From assembly GCA_963727775.1 (NCBI GenBank), contig CAVSHB010000001.1:1120001-1184000 (forward strand): DNA of 64,000 bases, read 5' to 3'. The position numbers and the translations under genes were made by a program. Source of the stretch: an uncultured Nitrospiraceae bacterium. GTDB taxonomy: Bacteria; Nitrospirota; Thermodesulfovibrionia; Thermodesulfovibrionales; SM23-35. This document shows positions 10,857-20,761 of the stretch, piece after piece (the stretch's first letter is position 1; each line of letters opens with the position of its first letter). The notes under the pieces were generated by a model that saw only the letters and a list, made by a program, of their open reading frames with translations, was not told the DNA's origin and did not search any database.

Positions 10857-11366
10857 TTATCTCTCTCTATGCTCCTCGCGTCGTTCTTCCCTTCTTTCTC
10901 CGTGCCTTCCATCCCGTCGCTCCTCATGTTTTCCTTGCCGCCAATGTTCGTCTTTTTCCCAGTATTTATTCTTTTCCCATCTTTTCCAGTTTTTGTTGAA
11001 TTCTTTATAGGGAATATGTCTGTATCCGGGCGGAATATGACGATATTCCGGCGGCAGTTCTATTAAGGCACCCGGAACTCTTGCGGGTGCAATAAAGCCC
11101 CACGGACCGTTATAAGCCCTGGATCTGAACCAGCGACCTTCATAAGGGCGGTACCAAAAGCCGTGATAAAACAAAACATCAACGTCAACATCGGGGACAA
11201 AGTAAACATAAGACCCGGGGACCACCACCAGAGAAGGCGGCGCGGCAAACTCATAGGCCGGGATATTGATCCCTATGCCGATATCCACTCGCGCATCGCT
11301 TTGGGCTGAAAGACCCGTCAGAATCAGCAATGCTGCTCCGACAACCAAAAAACCTAACTTCTTCAT
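10857..11366 (-). CDS. Secreted Trp/Tyr-rich protein with charged His/Arg/Glu tail
   Basis: Signal peptide MKKLGFLVVGAALL; RBS; paralogous to 59550-60344. Confidence 0.75.
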   Translation of the reverse strand: MKKLGFLVVGAALLILTGLSAQSDARVDIGIGINIPAYEFAAPPSLVVVPGSYVYFVPDVDVDVLFYHGFWYRPYEGRWFRSRAYNGPWGFIAPARVPGALIELPPEYRHIPPGYRHIPYKEFNKNWKRWEKNKYWEKDEHWRQGKHEERRDGRHGERREERREEHRER

Positions 11367-11418
11367 AACACATTCTCCTTTCAGAAATTGAAATATTTTC
11401 TTATTATACATAACGGAA

Positions 11419-11661
11419 CTATTTTTTCTTCCTTTTCATCAGTCTCTCGTATTTTTCCGCTCCGACACACTCCCTTGCGGCAGGGCACCACTCAAGGCAG
11501 GTAGGCCTCATTTCACGAGATATTGTTTTTTTGCAATTCTTGCAGACGATCTCTGTCTCATCCGACCAAATCTCCGAAGCGGCGTCACACCAGAAACACT
11601 TTATCTCTTCAGGATAAGGAGTTTTGATCTCTCTGTTTCCGGGACAACTTTCTTTCAACAT
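11419..11661 (-). CDS. Small Cys-rich metal-binding protein
   Basis: CPG, CxxC, CxxC, CxxWCxxAxxC; ATG lies 4 nt after the stop of the read-through DUF1573 gene. Confidence 0.75.
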   Translation of the reverse strand: MLKESCPGNREIKTPYPEEIKCFWCDAASEIWSDETEIVCKNCKKTISREMRPTCLEWCPAARECVGAEKYERLMKRKKK

Positions 11662-11665
11662 ACAA

Positions 11666-12040
11666 TTATTTTACGGTCGCTTTGAGAAAAAGAGAAATTA
11701 TATGTTTTTTGGGATCATTCGTAAAAACCTGAATATTCTTGGTGATAGGTCCGACCCTTCCCTTAATATCGACCTTCGCGGTAATCTTACCCTTTTCTCC
11801 AGGCTTCAAGCGGCCCGAACTGGCCACTGCGGCTGCACACCCTCAGGAAGGGACCAGTTTTTCAATGACGAGTTCTTTGTCCCCTTCATTTGTAAAACTA
11901 AATGTATGTTCTATTTCATTATTCTGCGCTACTGTTCCCAAATCAAAGGTTTCCGCATCGAATACTATGGAAGGCTGTGCATAAGATATCACAGGAAAAA
12001 GCAGTAAAAAACCGATCAATAAAAACTTTTTCATATACAT
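11666..12040 (-). CDS. DUF1573 domain protein with in-frame TGA, probable selenoprotein (S-U-G-C)
   Basis: ORF stops at LVPS-TGA (11843-11845) but continues in frame GCAAAVASSGRLKPGEKGKITAKVD...VFTNDP...LKATVK-TAA, completing the DUF1573 pattern (SCGC ... L.PGE.G.I ... SNDP); SECIS-like hairpin follows the TGA. Confidence 0.85.
11809..11828 (-). promoter_or_regulatory. Putative bacterial SECIS hairpin
   Basis: mRNA AGUGGCC-AGUUCG-GGCCGCU, 7-bp stem, loop begins 21 nt after the UGA, G at loop position 2. Confidence 0.65.
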
Positions 12041-12108
12041 ATATTACACCATCCCTAAAAAATATTCATTGATAAGAGTCTGTTTATAAACTGCAATTCC
12101 GAAAGAGT

Positions 12109-12177
12109 CGTCATTCCCGTGGAAACGGGAATCCATTTTTTCAAGGTTTCTGGATCCCCGCCTGCGCGGGAATGACG
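12109..12177. repeat. CGTC-type REP-like palindromic pair
   Basis: CGTCATTCCCGTGGAAACGGGAATCCA ... TGGATCCCCGCCTGCGCGGGAATGACG, two inverted hairpin units. Confidence 0.8.
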
Positions 12178-12263
12178 AACAAAGACCCAAAAGCGGGGAG
12201 CTCCAACGCTGCTTGAGTATTAACTTATTCGGATGTTTTCAGTTATATTGAATAGATAACCAG

Positions 12264-14783
12264 ATGCAGGAATTCATTAAGATAAAAGGTGCAAGAGAGC
12301 ATAATCTCAAAAATATCGATGTTGCCATACCCAGAGAGGCGTTAACGGTCATAACAGGCCCTTCGGGATCAGGCAAATCATCTTTGGCCATTGATACAAT
12401 TTATGCAGAAGGCCAGAGGCGCTATGTTGAAAGCCTTTCCTCATATGCCAGGCAGTTCATCGAGCAGCTCCGCAAACCTGATGTAGATTATATCGAGGGG
12501 CTCTCCCCTTCTATTTCGATAGACCAGAAAACGGTTATTAAAAGTCCCCGCTCTACGGTCGGCACTATAACCGGGATATATGATTACATGCGCGTCCTTT
12601 ATACGAGAATAGGAAAACAGTATTGCTATGACTGCGGCTCTGCGATAACAAAACAGGATTCATCCAACATTATTCATTCCGTCATGTCTCTCCCTCAGGG
12701 CAGCAGGATCCAGATACTGTCGCCTATTGTCAGGGACAGGAAAGGTGAATACAAAAAAGAGCTCCAGGAAATGCGGCGCGAAGGTTTTATCAGGGCACGG
12801 ATAGACGGGGAAATGACTGATTTAACACAAGACATCACACTGAAAAAGCATAAGCGCCACACTATTGAGATTGTCATAGACAGGCTTATCTTAAAGCAGG
12901 GCATCGAACGCCAGATAAAAGACGCGATAGATATGGCACTCGGTTATGCGGATATCGTTGTAATAAATCTCATAGCCGGGAACCGGGATATTCTCTTTTC
13001 TAAAACCGCCGTCTGCCCTAAGTGCGGAATAAGCTACCCGGATATGAACCCTATGTTCTTCTCATTCAACAGCAGGCAGGGCTCCTGTTCAAGATGTAAG
13101 GGGCTTGGCTTTGAAAACGTTGACGAGGATTCTGTTGAGCTTAATGAAGCCGGATACTGCAGGCTCTGCAATGGACTGAGATTAAGGAAGGAAGCCCTGA
13201 GCGTAAAAGTACAGGACGTAAACATAGGTGAATTTTCAAGACTGCCGGTGAAAGACGCTATTCTTTTCATCAAGAACCTGAAACTTACCGAAAGAGAACA
13301 GACAATCGCATCGCGTATTCTCAAGGAAGTTAAAGACAGGCTGTATTTCATGGAAAAAGTAGGCCTCGGCTATCTCGCGATCGACAGGTCGTCTTTGACC
13401 CTCTCAGGCGGAGAGTCACAGAGGATAAGACTTGCAACCCAACTCGGCTCTTCATTGACCGGGGTACTCTATATACTCGATGAACCGAGCATAGGCATGC
13501 ATCCGAGGGATTGTGTAAAACTCCTTGAAAGCCTTTCAGCCATCAGAGATGCAGGCAATACTGTTATAGTCGTCGAGCATGACGAGGAAACGATAAGATG
13601 GGCCGATTATATCATTGACATGGGGCCCGGCGCTGGTCTCAGGGGCGGCTGGGTCGTGGCTTCAGGGAATCCCTATGAAATAGAAAAAAATGAAAGCTCT
13701 ATCACAGGGGAATACCTCAGCGGATCGGTGTCGATAGATATTCCTTCTGCCAGAAGAAGACCGAAAGATTTTTTAACGATCGTTGGAGCACAGGAATTCA
13801 ATCTTAAGAATGTAACCGTAAATATACCTTTGGGGACCTTTATCTGCGTAACAGGGGTTTCCGGTTCGGGTAAAAGCACCCTTACAATCGAAATACTCTA
13901 TAAAGCGCTCTGCCGGGAACTATACGGAAGCAGACCTGTCCCTGGCAGATACAAGGAAATAACGGGCATGAATAAAGTCGACCGGGTAATAAGCGTCGAT
14001 CAATCACCACTGGGAAAAACTCCCAGGTCCAATCCTGCTACATACACAGGGATATTTTCATTTATTCGGCAGCTTTTCGCCCAGGTCTCAGATTCAAGAG
14101 TACGTGGATATTCTGCTTCCAGGTTCAGTTTCAATCTATCAGGCGGCAGATGTGAAGCGTGCAAAGGAGACGGACTGGTCAAGGTTGAGATGCATTTCCT
14201 GCCGGACGTGTATATACCATGCGATACCTGTAAGGGGAAAAGATACAACAGAGAAACACTTGAGGTCAGATATAAGGGCAAGAATATTGCGGAGGTCCTT
14301 GAGATGACCATATCCGAGGCCCTCCAGTTTTTCTTATCAATCCCTCAGATAAGACAAAAACTTGAAGTGCTGGAAGATGTTGGACTCGGATATCTCCAGC
14401 TCGGGCAGCCCGCGTCGACTTTGTCGGGCGGGGAGGCGCAGAGGGTAAGGCTCTCCAAAGAGCTGGGTAAAAAATCAGGAGGCAATACACTTTATGTGCT
14501 TGATGAACCGACAACAGGGCTCCATTTTGTCGATATCCAGAAATTGCTCGGCGTCATAAACACCCTCGTTGATTCAGGTAACACGGTTATCATTATTGAA
14601 CACAATCTCGATGTAATAAAATCGGCAGACTATATCATAGACCTCGGGCCTGAGGGCGGAGACGATGGCGGATCGGTCGTCGCAGCAGGCACGCCGGAAG
14701 AGGTCAGCAAGAATCCGAAGTCCCATACCGGCAGGTTTCTGAAAACTAAACTCCTCGGGCCGGGACAGTCGAAGGTAGCATGA
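12264..14783 (+). CDS. uvrA: Excinuclease ABC subunit A (short form, 839 aa)
   Basis: GAREHNLKNID, two Walker A motifs (GPSGSGKS, GVSGSGKS), LSGGE signatures, Zn fingers. Confidence 0.95.
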   Translation: MQEFIKIKGAREHNLKNIDVAIPREALTVITGPSGSGKSSLAIDTIYAEGQRRYVESLSSYARQFIEQLRKPDVDYIEGLSPSISIDQKTVIKSPRSTVGTITGIYDYMRVLYTRIGKQYCYDCGSAITKQDSSNIIHSVMSLPQGSRIQILSPIVRDRKGEYKKELQEMRREGFIRARIDGEMTDLTQDITLKKHKRHTIEIVIDRLILKQGIERQIKDAIDMALGYADIVVINLIAGNRDILFSKTAVCPKCGISYPDMNPMFFSFNSRQGSCSRCKGLGFENVDEDSVELNEAGYCRLCNGLRLRKEALSVKVQDVNIGEFSRLPVKDAILFIKNLKLTEREQTIASRILKEVKDRLYFMEKVGLGYLAIDRSSLTLSGGESQRIRLATQLGSSLTGVLYILDEPSIGMHPRDCVKLLESLSAIRDAGNTVIVVEHDEETIRWADYIIDMGPGAGLRGGWVVASGNPYEIEKNESSITGEYLSGSVSIDIPSARRRPKDFLTIVGAQEFNLKNVTVNIPLGTFICVTGVSGSGKSTLTIEILYKALCRELYGSRPVPGRYKEITGMNKVDRVISVDQSPLGKTPRSNPATYTGIFSFIRQLFAQVSDSRVRGYSASRFSFNLSGGRCEACKGDGLVKVEMHFLPDVYIPCDTCKGKRYNRETLEVRYKGKNIAEVLEMTISEALQFFLSIPQIRQKLEVLEDVGLGYLQLGQPASTLSGGEAQRVRLSKELGKKSGGNTLYVLDEPTTGLHFVDIQKLLGVINTLVDSGNTVIIIEHNLDVIKSADYIIDLGPEGGDDGGSVVAAGTPEEVSKNPKSHTGRFLKTKLLGPGQSKVA

Positions 14784-14817
14784 AAGAAAAAAAAGCAGAC
14801 AGCAGACGACATTTCAT

Positions 14818-15395
14818 AACTATTACACCCTGCGGTCTCTGCCGCAGTTCCGATGTACGTAGCGCAGTTGGAGGAAAATACCAGTAGGTTGATAGAATAC
14901 CTATGGGATGGTAGATATTGAGCAGGACATATGGCGGTGGTATCACAATATTTCGGAGTGTTACTATCACATACAAATAACGGTGAAGTATCGGAAAGCA
15001 CTTTTGGACAAGAAAGTAGAAGGAGCGATAGTAGAAGCTCTGAAAGGAATAAAAGAGAGGTATGCGATAGAGATCAGTACAATTGGATTTGATCAAAACC
15101 ATATGCATATACTGTGTCGATATTTACCGAAATATTCAGGAGGTCAGGTAATCAAGATAATAAAGAGTATAAGCGGGAAGAAAGTATTTGAAGAAAATCC
15201 TGAGGTGAAAAAAGATCTATGGGGAGGAGAGTTTTGGACAGATGGGTACTATATCGCAACGATCAGCGGCAAAGGGAATAAACAAGTAATTGAGAAATAC
15301 ATAAGAAATCAAGGAAGAGGCAAAGACCTTGAGCAGGTCAGGCTGTTTGAATTTTGACTTTGACGCCCTGCGGTCTCTGCCGCAGGGTTCTTCAC
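14818..15395 (+). mobile_element. IS200-type element (tnpA only), copy 1
   Basis: Identity with the second copy spans 14812-15396; subterminal hairpins CTGCGG-TCTCTG-CCGCAG at both ends; no TIR or TSD; exact ends inferred. Confidence 0.88.
14908..15357 (+). CDS. tnpA: IS200/IS605 family Y1 transposase
   Basis: HUH motif (HMH), LWGGEFWTDGYY, YIRNQ. Confidence 0.93.
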   Translation: MVDIEQDIWRWYHNISECYYHIQITVKYRKALLDKKVEGAIVEALKGIKERYAIEISTIGFDQNHMHILCRYLPKYSGGQVIKIIKSISGKKVFEENPEVKKDLWGGEFWTDGYYIATISGKGNKQVIEKYIRNQGRGKDLEQVRLFEF

Positions 15396-15408
15396 ATTCT
15401 GTAATAAA

Positions 15409-16180
15409 GTGGACATCAATAAATTCTGTCCACTGTTTATTGTGTGCTGTCTAATGCTCGCTTTCATTTCATGCGCGCACCGGAATGAGCGGATCTTTAA
15501 GAAGAGCAGGATCCTGATGGATACATTGGTTACGATTACGGTCGTCTCGAATTCAACGGAGAGCGCCGATAAAGCAATTGACGCTGCGTTCTCAGATAGT
15601 AAATTACAGGTACCTTATCATCGACCAAAATAGCTCTACTTGCTTCCTCAGAAAAAAAGGCATGCTTATTGATCCGGGAGGGATCACAAAGGGATATGCC
15701 GCAGATAAGGCAGTTGAGACTTTGAAAAAGCAGGGCATACGTTCAGGCATTGTCTCCGTCGCAGGGGAAATCAAAACATTCGGTTTAAAGCCCGACGGAA
15801 AACCGTGGAAGGTAGGAATTAGAAACCCAAGGGCAAAAAACAATGAAGATGACATAATGGCAACTATTGAACTCAATGATACGGCCATATCCACTTCCGG
15901 AGACTATGAAAGGTGCTTCTTACTCGACGGCATAAGATACCACCATCTGCTTGACCCGGCGACAGGCCGGCCAGGCAGGCAATGCCGCAGCGTAAGTGTT
16001 ATAACAAAACAAGGTACATTTACCGACGCATTCGCAACCGGTGTGTTTATCCTCGGCCCTGACAGGGGAATAAAGGTCCTCGAAAATCTTGGGTTTGACG
16101 GGATTATAATAGACAGCCTGGGGAAAATATATATGACTCCCGGCATCAGGGGAAAGGTTGAATTTAAAAAGTCTGTTTAA
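15409..16180 (+). pseudogene. apbE: FAD:protein FMN transferase (ApbE) with internal deletion and frameshift
   Basis: Lipoprotein N-terminus with LMDTLVTITV ends near 15595; a second frame carries DPGGITKGYAAD, STSGDYER, YHHLLDP, DAFATG; the central segment is missing. Confidence 0.8.
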
Positions 16181-16544
16181 CCGCATGACAGTCGCCGATA
16201 AGGTCCTTTTTTATCTGCTCATATTGTTTTCCTTATCAGGGATTATTTTTATAAAGCAGGTCATTCCTGAATCCCGCACAGTCAGCATAGAGGTCGACGG
16301 GCATCCTGTTTATATTCTGCCGGTTGATAAAAATACTATAGTGTATGTTGATGGTCCTGAGGGCAAAACATTTGTTGAGATAAAGGACCGCGGTGTACGG
16401 ATCACCGAATCGCCATGTCGCAACAAACTCTGCGTGCAGCAGGGATGGGTCAAAAAAGGTTCAATAGTCTGCCTTCCAAACAGGGTTGTCGTTACGATCG
16501 GCAATCAGGAAGACAACAAAACGGTTGATGCAACTTCAGGATAA
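16158..16544 (+). CDS. NusG domain II-containing protein
   Basis: N-terminal TM; SPCRNKLCVQQGW...IVCLPNRV. Confidence 0.85.
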   Translation: MNLKSLFNRMTVADKVLFYLLILFSLSGIIFIKQVIPESRTVSIEVDGHPVYILPVDKNTIVYVDGPEGKTFVEIKDRGVRITESPCRNKLCVQQGWVKKGSIVCLPNRVVVTIGNQEDNKTVDATSG

Positions 16545-17055
16545 ATACCGCATAGCGCTGCTTGCCGCCTACGCGTTGGGACTGCATAGTCTGGAAAGCT
16601 TGCTCCCATCGCCGGTACCGTGGATGAAACTCGGCATCGCAAACATCATCACATTGATAACGTTGCTTTTGTACGGCATGCGTCCTGCTATCCTTGTAAC
16701 TCTTATAAGGGTAATTCTTGCTTCATTATTCACAGGCACATTTCTCGGTCCGGCCTTCATGCTCAGCCTGAGCGGAGGTATTGCAAGCACCGCAGCCATG
16801 GGGCTTTTATTGTCCGTAGCTCCGAGGTTGTTCAGCGCTGTCGGCTTGAGTATTATCGGCGCTTTGGCCCATAATATCGCCCAGCTGATCCTCGCTTATT
16901 TTTTGTTAATTCAGAGGATTGAAGCAATACTTTTAATAAGTCCTGTCATAATCCTTATAGGAACACTTACAGGCACTGTAAATGGTGTTATATCCGATCT
17001 TTTGATGAAAAACTTGAAAAAACCTGTGCAAAAGATACAGAATGTGAACAAATAA
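16528..17055 (+). CDS. Gx transporter / heptaprenyl diphosphate synthase component I family membrane protein
   Basis: LESLLPSPVPWMKLGIANI, SIIGALAHNIAQL. Confidence 0.85.
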   Translation: MQLQDKYRIALLAAYALGLHSLESLLPSPVPWMKLGIANIITLITLLLYGMRPAILVTLIRVILASLFTGTFLGPAFMLSLSGGIASTAAMGLLLSVAPRLFSAVGLSIIGALAHNIAQLILAYFLLIQRIEAILLISPVIILIGTLTGTVNGVISDLLMKNLKKPVQKIQNVNK

Positions 17056-17073
17056 TGGTAGGTGCGACTTTAT

Positions 17074-17238
17074 ATGCAGATCATCTGTCCGATATGTAAG
17101 AAAAAGACCACATGGGAAGAAAATTCCTGGAGGCCCTTTTGTTCCGAAAGGTGCAAATTAATAGACCTCGGCAAATGGGTCTCAGAAGAGTATAAAATTG
17201 AAGGAGAAAAAAAGCCGGAGACGGTAGACAGTGAATAG
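17074..17238 (+). CDS. yacG: DNA gyrase inhibitor YacG (not in the ORF track)
   Basis: Manual translation [10 protein letters not shown]...[24 protein letters not shown], 54 aa. Confidence 0.92.
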   Translation: MQIICPICKKKTTWEENSWRPFCSERCKLIDLGKWVSEEYKIEGEKKPETVDSE

Positions 17239-17310
17239 AAGGTGGATTTGATTTTGTCCTGTATTCTGTCTACTATATTACTAAATCTGTATTTATAAGG
17301 GGAGGCCGTC

Positions 17311-18114
17311 ATGATTAAGATAGCTGTAGCAGGAGCAGCAGGAAGAATGGGAAGCAGGATCACTGCTCTCTCAAAAGAATATGAAGGGCTTCAATTGGCA
17401 GGGGCATTTGAGAGAAAGGGCCATAAAGATATAGGGAAGGATGTCGGGATGATGCTCGGCATCGGAGAAACCGGCGTGTTACTATCTGACGGTATTGAAC
17501 GGGTAATCGACAACGTTGATATGGTTATTTCCTTCACGACAGTAGAGGCATCACTTGAACAACTGGAACTTGCGTCTTCAAAAGGCAAGGCCATGGTTAT
17601 AGGCACAACCGGTTTCTCGAAAGACGCATTGGCAAAAGTGGCTGAACTTACGAAGAAAATACCCTGCGTGATGGCATCCAATATGAGCACCGGAGTCAAC
17701 CTGCTTTTAAAGGTATTACAGGATATTGCAAGGGTACTCGGAGAAGGTTATGATATCGAGATCATCGAGGCACACCACAGGATGAAAAAGGACGCACCGA
17801 GCGGGACCGCACTGAAGATGGCGCAGGTCATCGCAGATGCCGTAAACAGAAATCTTGACGAGGTTGCCGTTTATGCGAGAAAAGGCATCATCGGCGAAAG
17901 AAAGGCAAAAGAGATCGGGATACAAACTATCCGTGCCGGCGATATTGTCGGAGAACATACAGTCATATTCGGCGGTCTCGGGGAGAGGATCGAGGTAACG
18001 CATAAGGCATCAAGCAGAGACACCTTCGCAAGAGGAGCATTAAGGGCCGCTTCATGGGTTTACGGAAAACCGGCCGGGTTGTATGATATGCAGGACGTTC
18101 TGGGATTGAAATAA
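17311..18114 (+). CDS. dapB: 4-hydroxy-tetrahydrodipicolinate reductase
   Basis: GAAGRMG, VIGTTG, EAHHRMKKDAPSGTA. Confidence 0.96.
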   Translation: MIKIAVAGAAGRMGSRITALSKEYEGLQLAGAFERKGHKDIGKDVGMMLGIGETGVLLSDGIERVIDNVDMVISFTTVEASLEQLELASSKGKAMVIGTTGFSKDALAKVAELTKKIPCVMASNMSTGVNLLLKVLQDIARVLGEGYDIEIIEAHHRMKKDAPSGTALKMAQVIADAVNRNLDEVAVYARKGIIGERKAKEIGIQTIRAGDIVGEHTVIFGGLGERIEVTHKASSRDTFARGALRAASWVYGKPAGLYDMQDVLGLK

Positions 18115-18192
18115 AAACAGATCGGGGGGAAAATATTATAAAATTACATCGGCTATAATACAAAGGCTGCGCAACAAATAATAGTTACGGTT

Positions 18193-18534
18193 CTAAAACA
18201 TTGACCTGACCCTTCCAGTTCTTTTATCGATAAGGATCAGGTCTATCATAGCATCATTTTTGTTCTTAATCTCCGCCACAAAAAAATGGGCCCTTTCTCT
18301 GATCGTTATGGTTTTTATGTTAGTATTATGCACAAAGATGTGTTCGAGGATCTCCTTTGCCTCCACAGGCGTTTTTACTTCTCTCCTCGCTCCGTACCAA
18401 CCCCATTTATCACTGTGTATGAAATATCCGTAAGTAGGCTGACATTCAATATATACCTGCCCGGCATTCGATATGCCGGCCATTGAAATAAGTCCGATGA
18501 ATAAAATTGAACAGGTCAAAAACGTTTTGTCCAT
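18193..18534 (-). CDS. Exported hypothetical protein
   Basis: Signal peptide; AAGGAGG RBS; downstream of the two-component pair. Confidence 0.65.
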   Translation of the reverse strand: MDKTFLTCSILFIGLISMAGISNAGQVYIECQPTYGYFIHSDKWGWYGARREVKTPVEAKEILEHIFVHNTNIKTITIRERAHFFVAEIKNKNDAMIDLILIDKRTGRVRSMF

Positions 18535-18600
18535 GAAACTGTCGGCCTCCTTATCTTAAGTTTAAGAATAACAAAGGAATGTGAAGAGGTATTGAAGGAA

Positions 18601-19983
18601 TTATGAAGATATTGTGAAGTTCGGTATATATAGTATAAACGTTGACCCTTTCCCGAGTTCACTCCTGACCTCTATTCTTCCGCCATGCGCCACGGCAAGT
18701 TCTTTCGCTATAGCAAGACCGAGGCCCAACCCTCCTTCAGAAGCCCTGTAAAACCTTTCAAACACAAATGGAATATCTTCTTTTTTGATGCCGGAACCTG
18801 TGTCCGTAACTTCGATAAAACCGTCACCGCCTTTGATGCCGGATTTTATAAGCACAGACCCATCTTTATCCGTGGCCTTAAGCGCATTACCAAGAAGGTT
18901 GATCAATATCTGGCTCAATTTATCGGGGTCTGCATGGAGTGTTAAAGTATCATCGCATTCGAGTCTCAATTTGACGCCTTTGTCAATAAATAATCTTTCA
19001 AATCTATCTTTTATGTTGTTCAAGAAAGGTTTAATGGGGAGCATTTGTTTGTTCATCTCAAGGATACTTGCCTGCGCCCGTGAAAGCTCCTCTATACCTT
19101 CAATAATTTTTTTAAGCCGTTGGGTCTCCTCATGCAGGGACGAAAGGCGGTCTTTGTCTACTGTTAGAAGCCCGTCGAGCATCCCCTCGATCTCGCCTTG
19201 CATTACGCTTAAGGGTGTCCTGAGCTCATGCGCGATATTTGATGTCAACTTTCTCCTCAGAGATTCCTGCGTCTCGATATTGTCCGCCATGTTATTGAAC
19301 GTCCTTGCAAGAGTGCTTATTTCATCATTCCCGGAGACAGAGACCCTGCTCTTAATGTTCCCTTCACTGATATCATTGGCGGCGGCGGTAAGTTTCTTTA
19401 TAGGGTCCGTCAGCTTCTTCGAAAAGACAAGACTAGTGACAAGGGACAATCCGCCCAAAACAAAAATCGTCAGGACGAGAAAGCTGTTCGACCTTCGCAT
19501 AAAGACTGATTCTCTACCCTCTGCTCCTTTCGGAGCTATCAGCCTTACTTCAAGGACACCTAACTCCTTCCCACCCAAAAACATCGGATAACCGATAAAA
19601 TTTTCACTCCCGCTTTGAAGTTCTTCAACGGAAAATCCGGTCAACGCCGCAATGCGCTTCTTCATGAGAGGAGGCATGGTCTCCATTGCCTTACGGGTGT
19701 CCATAAGCTCGTTCCCGTTGTTGTCCACTATCTTCACTTCATAACCGGTCAATAAGGCCCATATCGTATTTCTCTTTAATGCGTCATCATTCCACCCCGA
19801 ATTCTTTTCATATGACCCTTCAACGGCCGCCATGACGCGATAAATCTTGTCTTCTTTGTCGCCTTCAAGGTACTCATGAAAATCTTTAATTACCAGCCCG
19901 CGAAAGAACAGGGCCGCCGACAGGGAAATAAGAGAGATCAAACAAAGGAGGACCAGAAACTTAACCCAGAGACTTCTCATCAT
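18601..19983 (-). CDS. HAMP-domain sensor histidine kinase (BaeS-like)
   Basis: Two TM helices, HAMP, IAHELRTPL, GLGLGLAI. Confidence 0.92.
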   Translation of the reverse strand: MMRSLWVKFLVLLCLISLISLSAALFFRGLVIKDFHEYLEGDKEDKIYRVMAAVEGSYEKNSGWNDDALKRNTIWALLTGYEVKIVDNNGNELMDTRKAMETMPPLMKKRIAALTGFSVEELQSGSENFIGYPMFLGGKELGVLEVRLIAPKGAEGRESVFMRRSNSFLVLTIFVLGGLSLVTSLVFSKKLTDPIKKLTAAANDISEGNIKSRVSVSGNDEISTLARTFNNMADNIETQESLRRKLTSNIAHELRTPLSVMQGEIEGMLDGLLTVDKDRLSSLHEETQRLKKIIEGIEELSRAQASILEMNKQMLPIKPFLNNIKDRFERLFIDKGVKLRLECDDTLTLHADPDKLSQILINLLGNALKATDKDGSVLIKSGIKGGDGFIEVTDTGSGIKKEDIPFVFERFYRASEGGLGLGLAIAKELAVAHGGRIEVRSELGKGSTFILYIPNFTISS

Positions 19984-20677
19984 CCTGAGCGCCGGCAAAT
20001 TTATACCCTACGCCGTAGACCGTTACAACAAATAACGGGGACCTTGGGTCGTCTTCTATCTTTTGCCTTATATTTTTTATGTGGGCGTCGATGCTTCTTT
20101 CATATCCTTCAAACTGGTATCCGAGCGCGTTCTCTACAAGCTCTCCGCGTGTAAAAACTCTCCCGGTAGCGCCCGCAAGAACAGAAAGAATCTTAAACTC
20201 TGTCGGGGTCAGTGTTACTACCCGACCATTCTTTTTCACCTCATAGTTCCCGGCGTCGACTGTCAGGAGACCTTTATTAAAGCTTATATGTCCCGCAGCG
20301 GACAGCTCTTTGTTCCGTGACCTTTTCATCACAGCCTTCACCCTTGCAACCAGTTCCCTCGGGCTAAAAGGTTTTACGACATAGTCATCAGCTCCCAGCC
20401 CGAACCCTGCCACCCTTTCTTCCTCGGAAGATTTTGCAGTCAGCATGATTATCGGGAAATCGCCGATCTCTTTCATTTCATGGCATACTTCTTCTCCGCT
20501 CATGTCAGGCAGCATTAGATCGAGAATTACCAGGGAAGGCGGCTCTTTCAATGCAGAGGCTATGGCGTCTTTCCCTTTTTCCGCGGTGAATACCCTGTAC
20601 CCCTCACCCTCGAGGTAAACCTTAACTACCCTGGCTATCTTCCTGTCATCTTCAACAACAAGGATCTGATTCAACAT
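19961..20677 (-). CDS. OmpR-family response regulator
   Basis: LDLMLP, KPFSPRELVARV, TVYGVGY. Confidence 0.93.
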   Translation of the reverse strand: MLNQILVVEDDRKIARVVKVYLEGEGYRVFTAEKGKDAIASALKEPPSLVILDLMLPDMSGEEVCHEMKEIGDFPIIMLTAKSSEEERVAGFGLGADDYVVKPFSPRELVARVKAVMKRSRNKELSAAGHISFNKGLLTVDAGNYEVKKNGRVVTLTPTEFKILSVLAGATGRVFTRGELVENALGYQFEGYERSIDAHIKNIRQKIEDDPRSPLFVVTVYGVGYKFAGAQDDEKSLG

Positions 20678-20761
20678 ATTTATAAATATAACATAAGACG
20701 ACGACAATGAATAATTTGCGGTCGATTTGCGGTCGATTGAAGAGTATTGACATATAAACGG

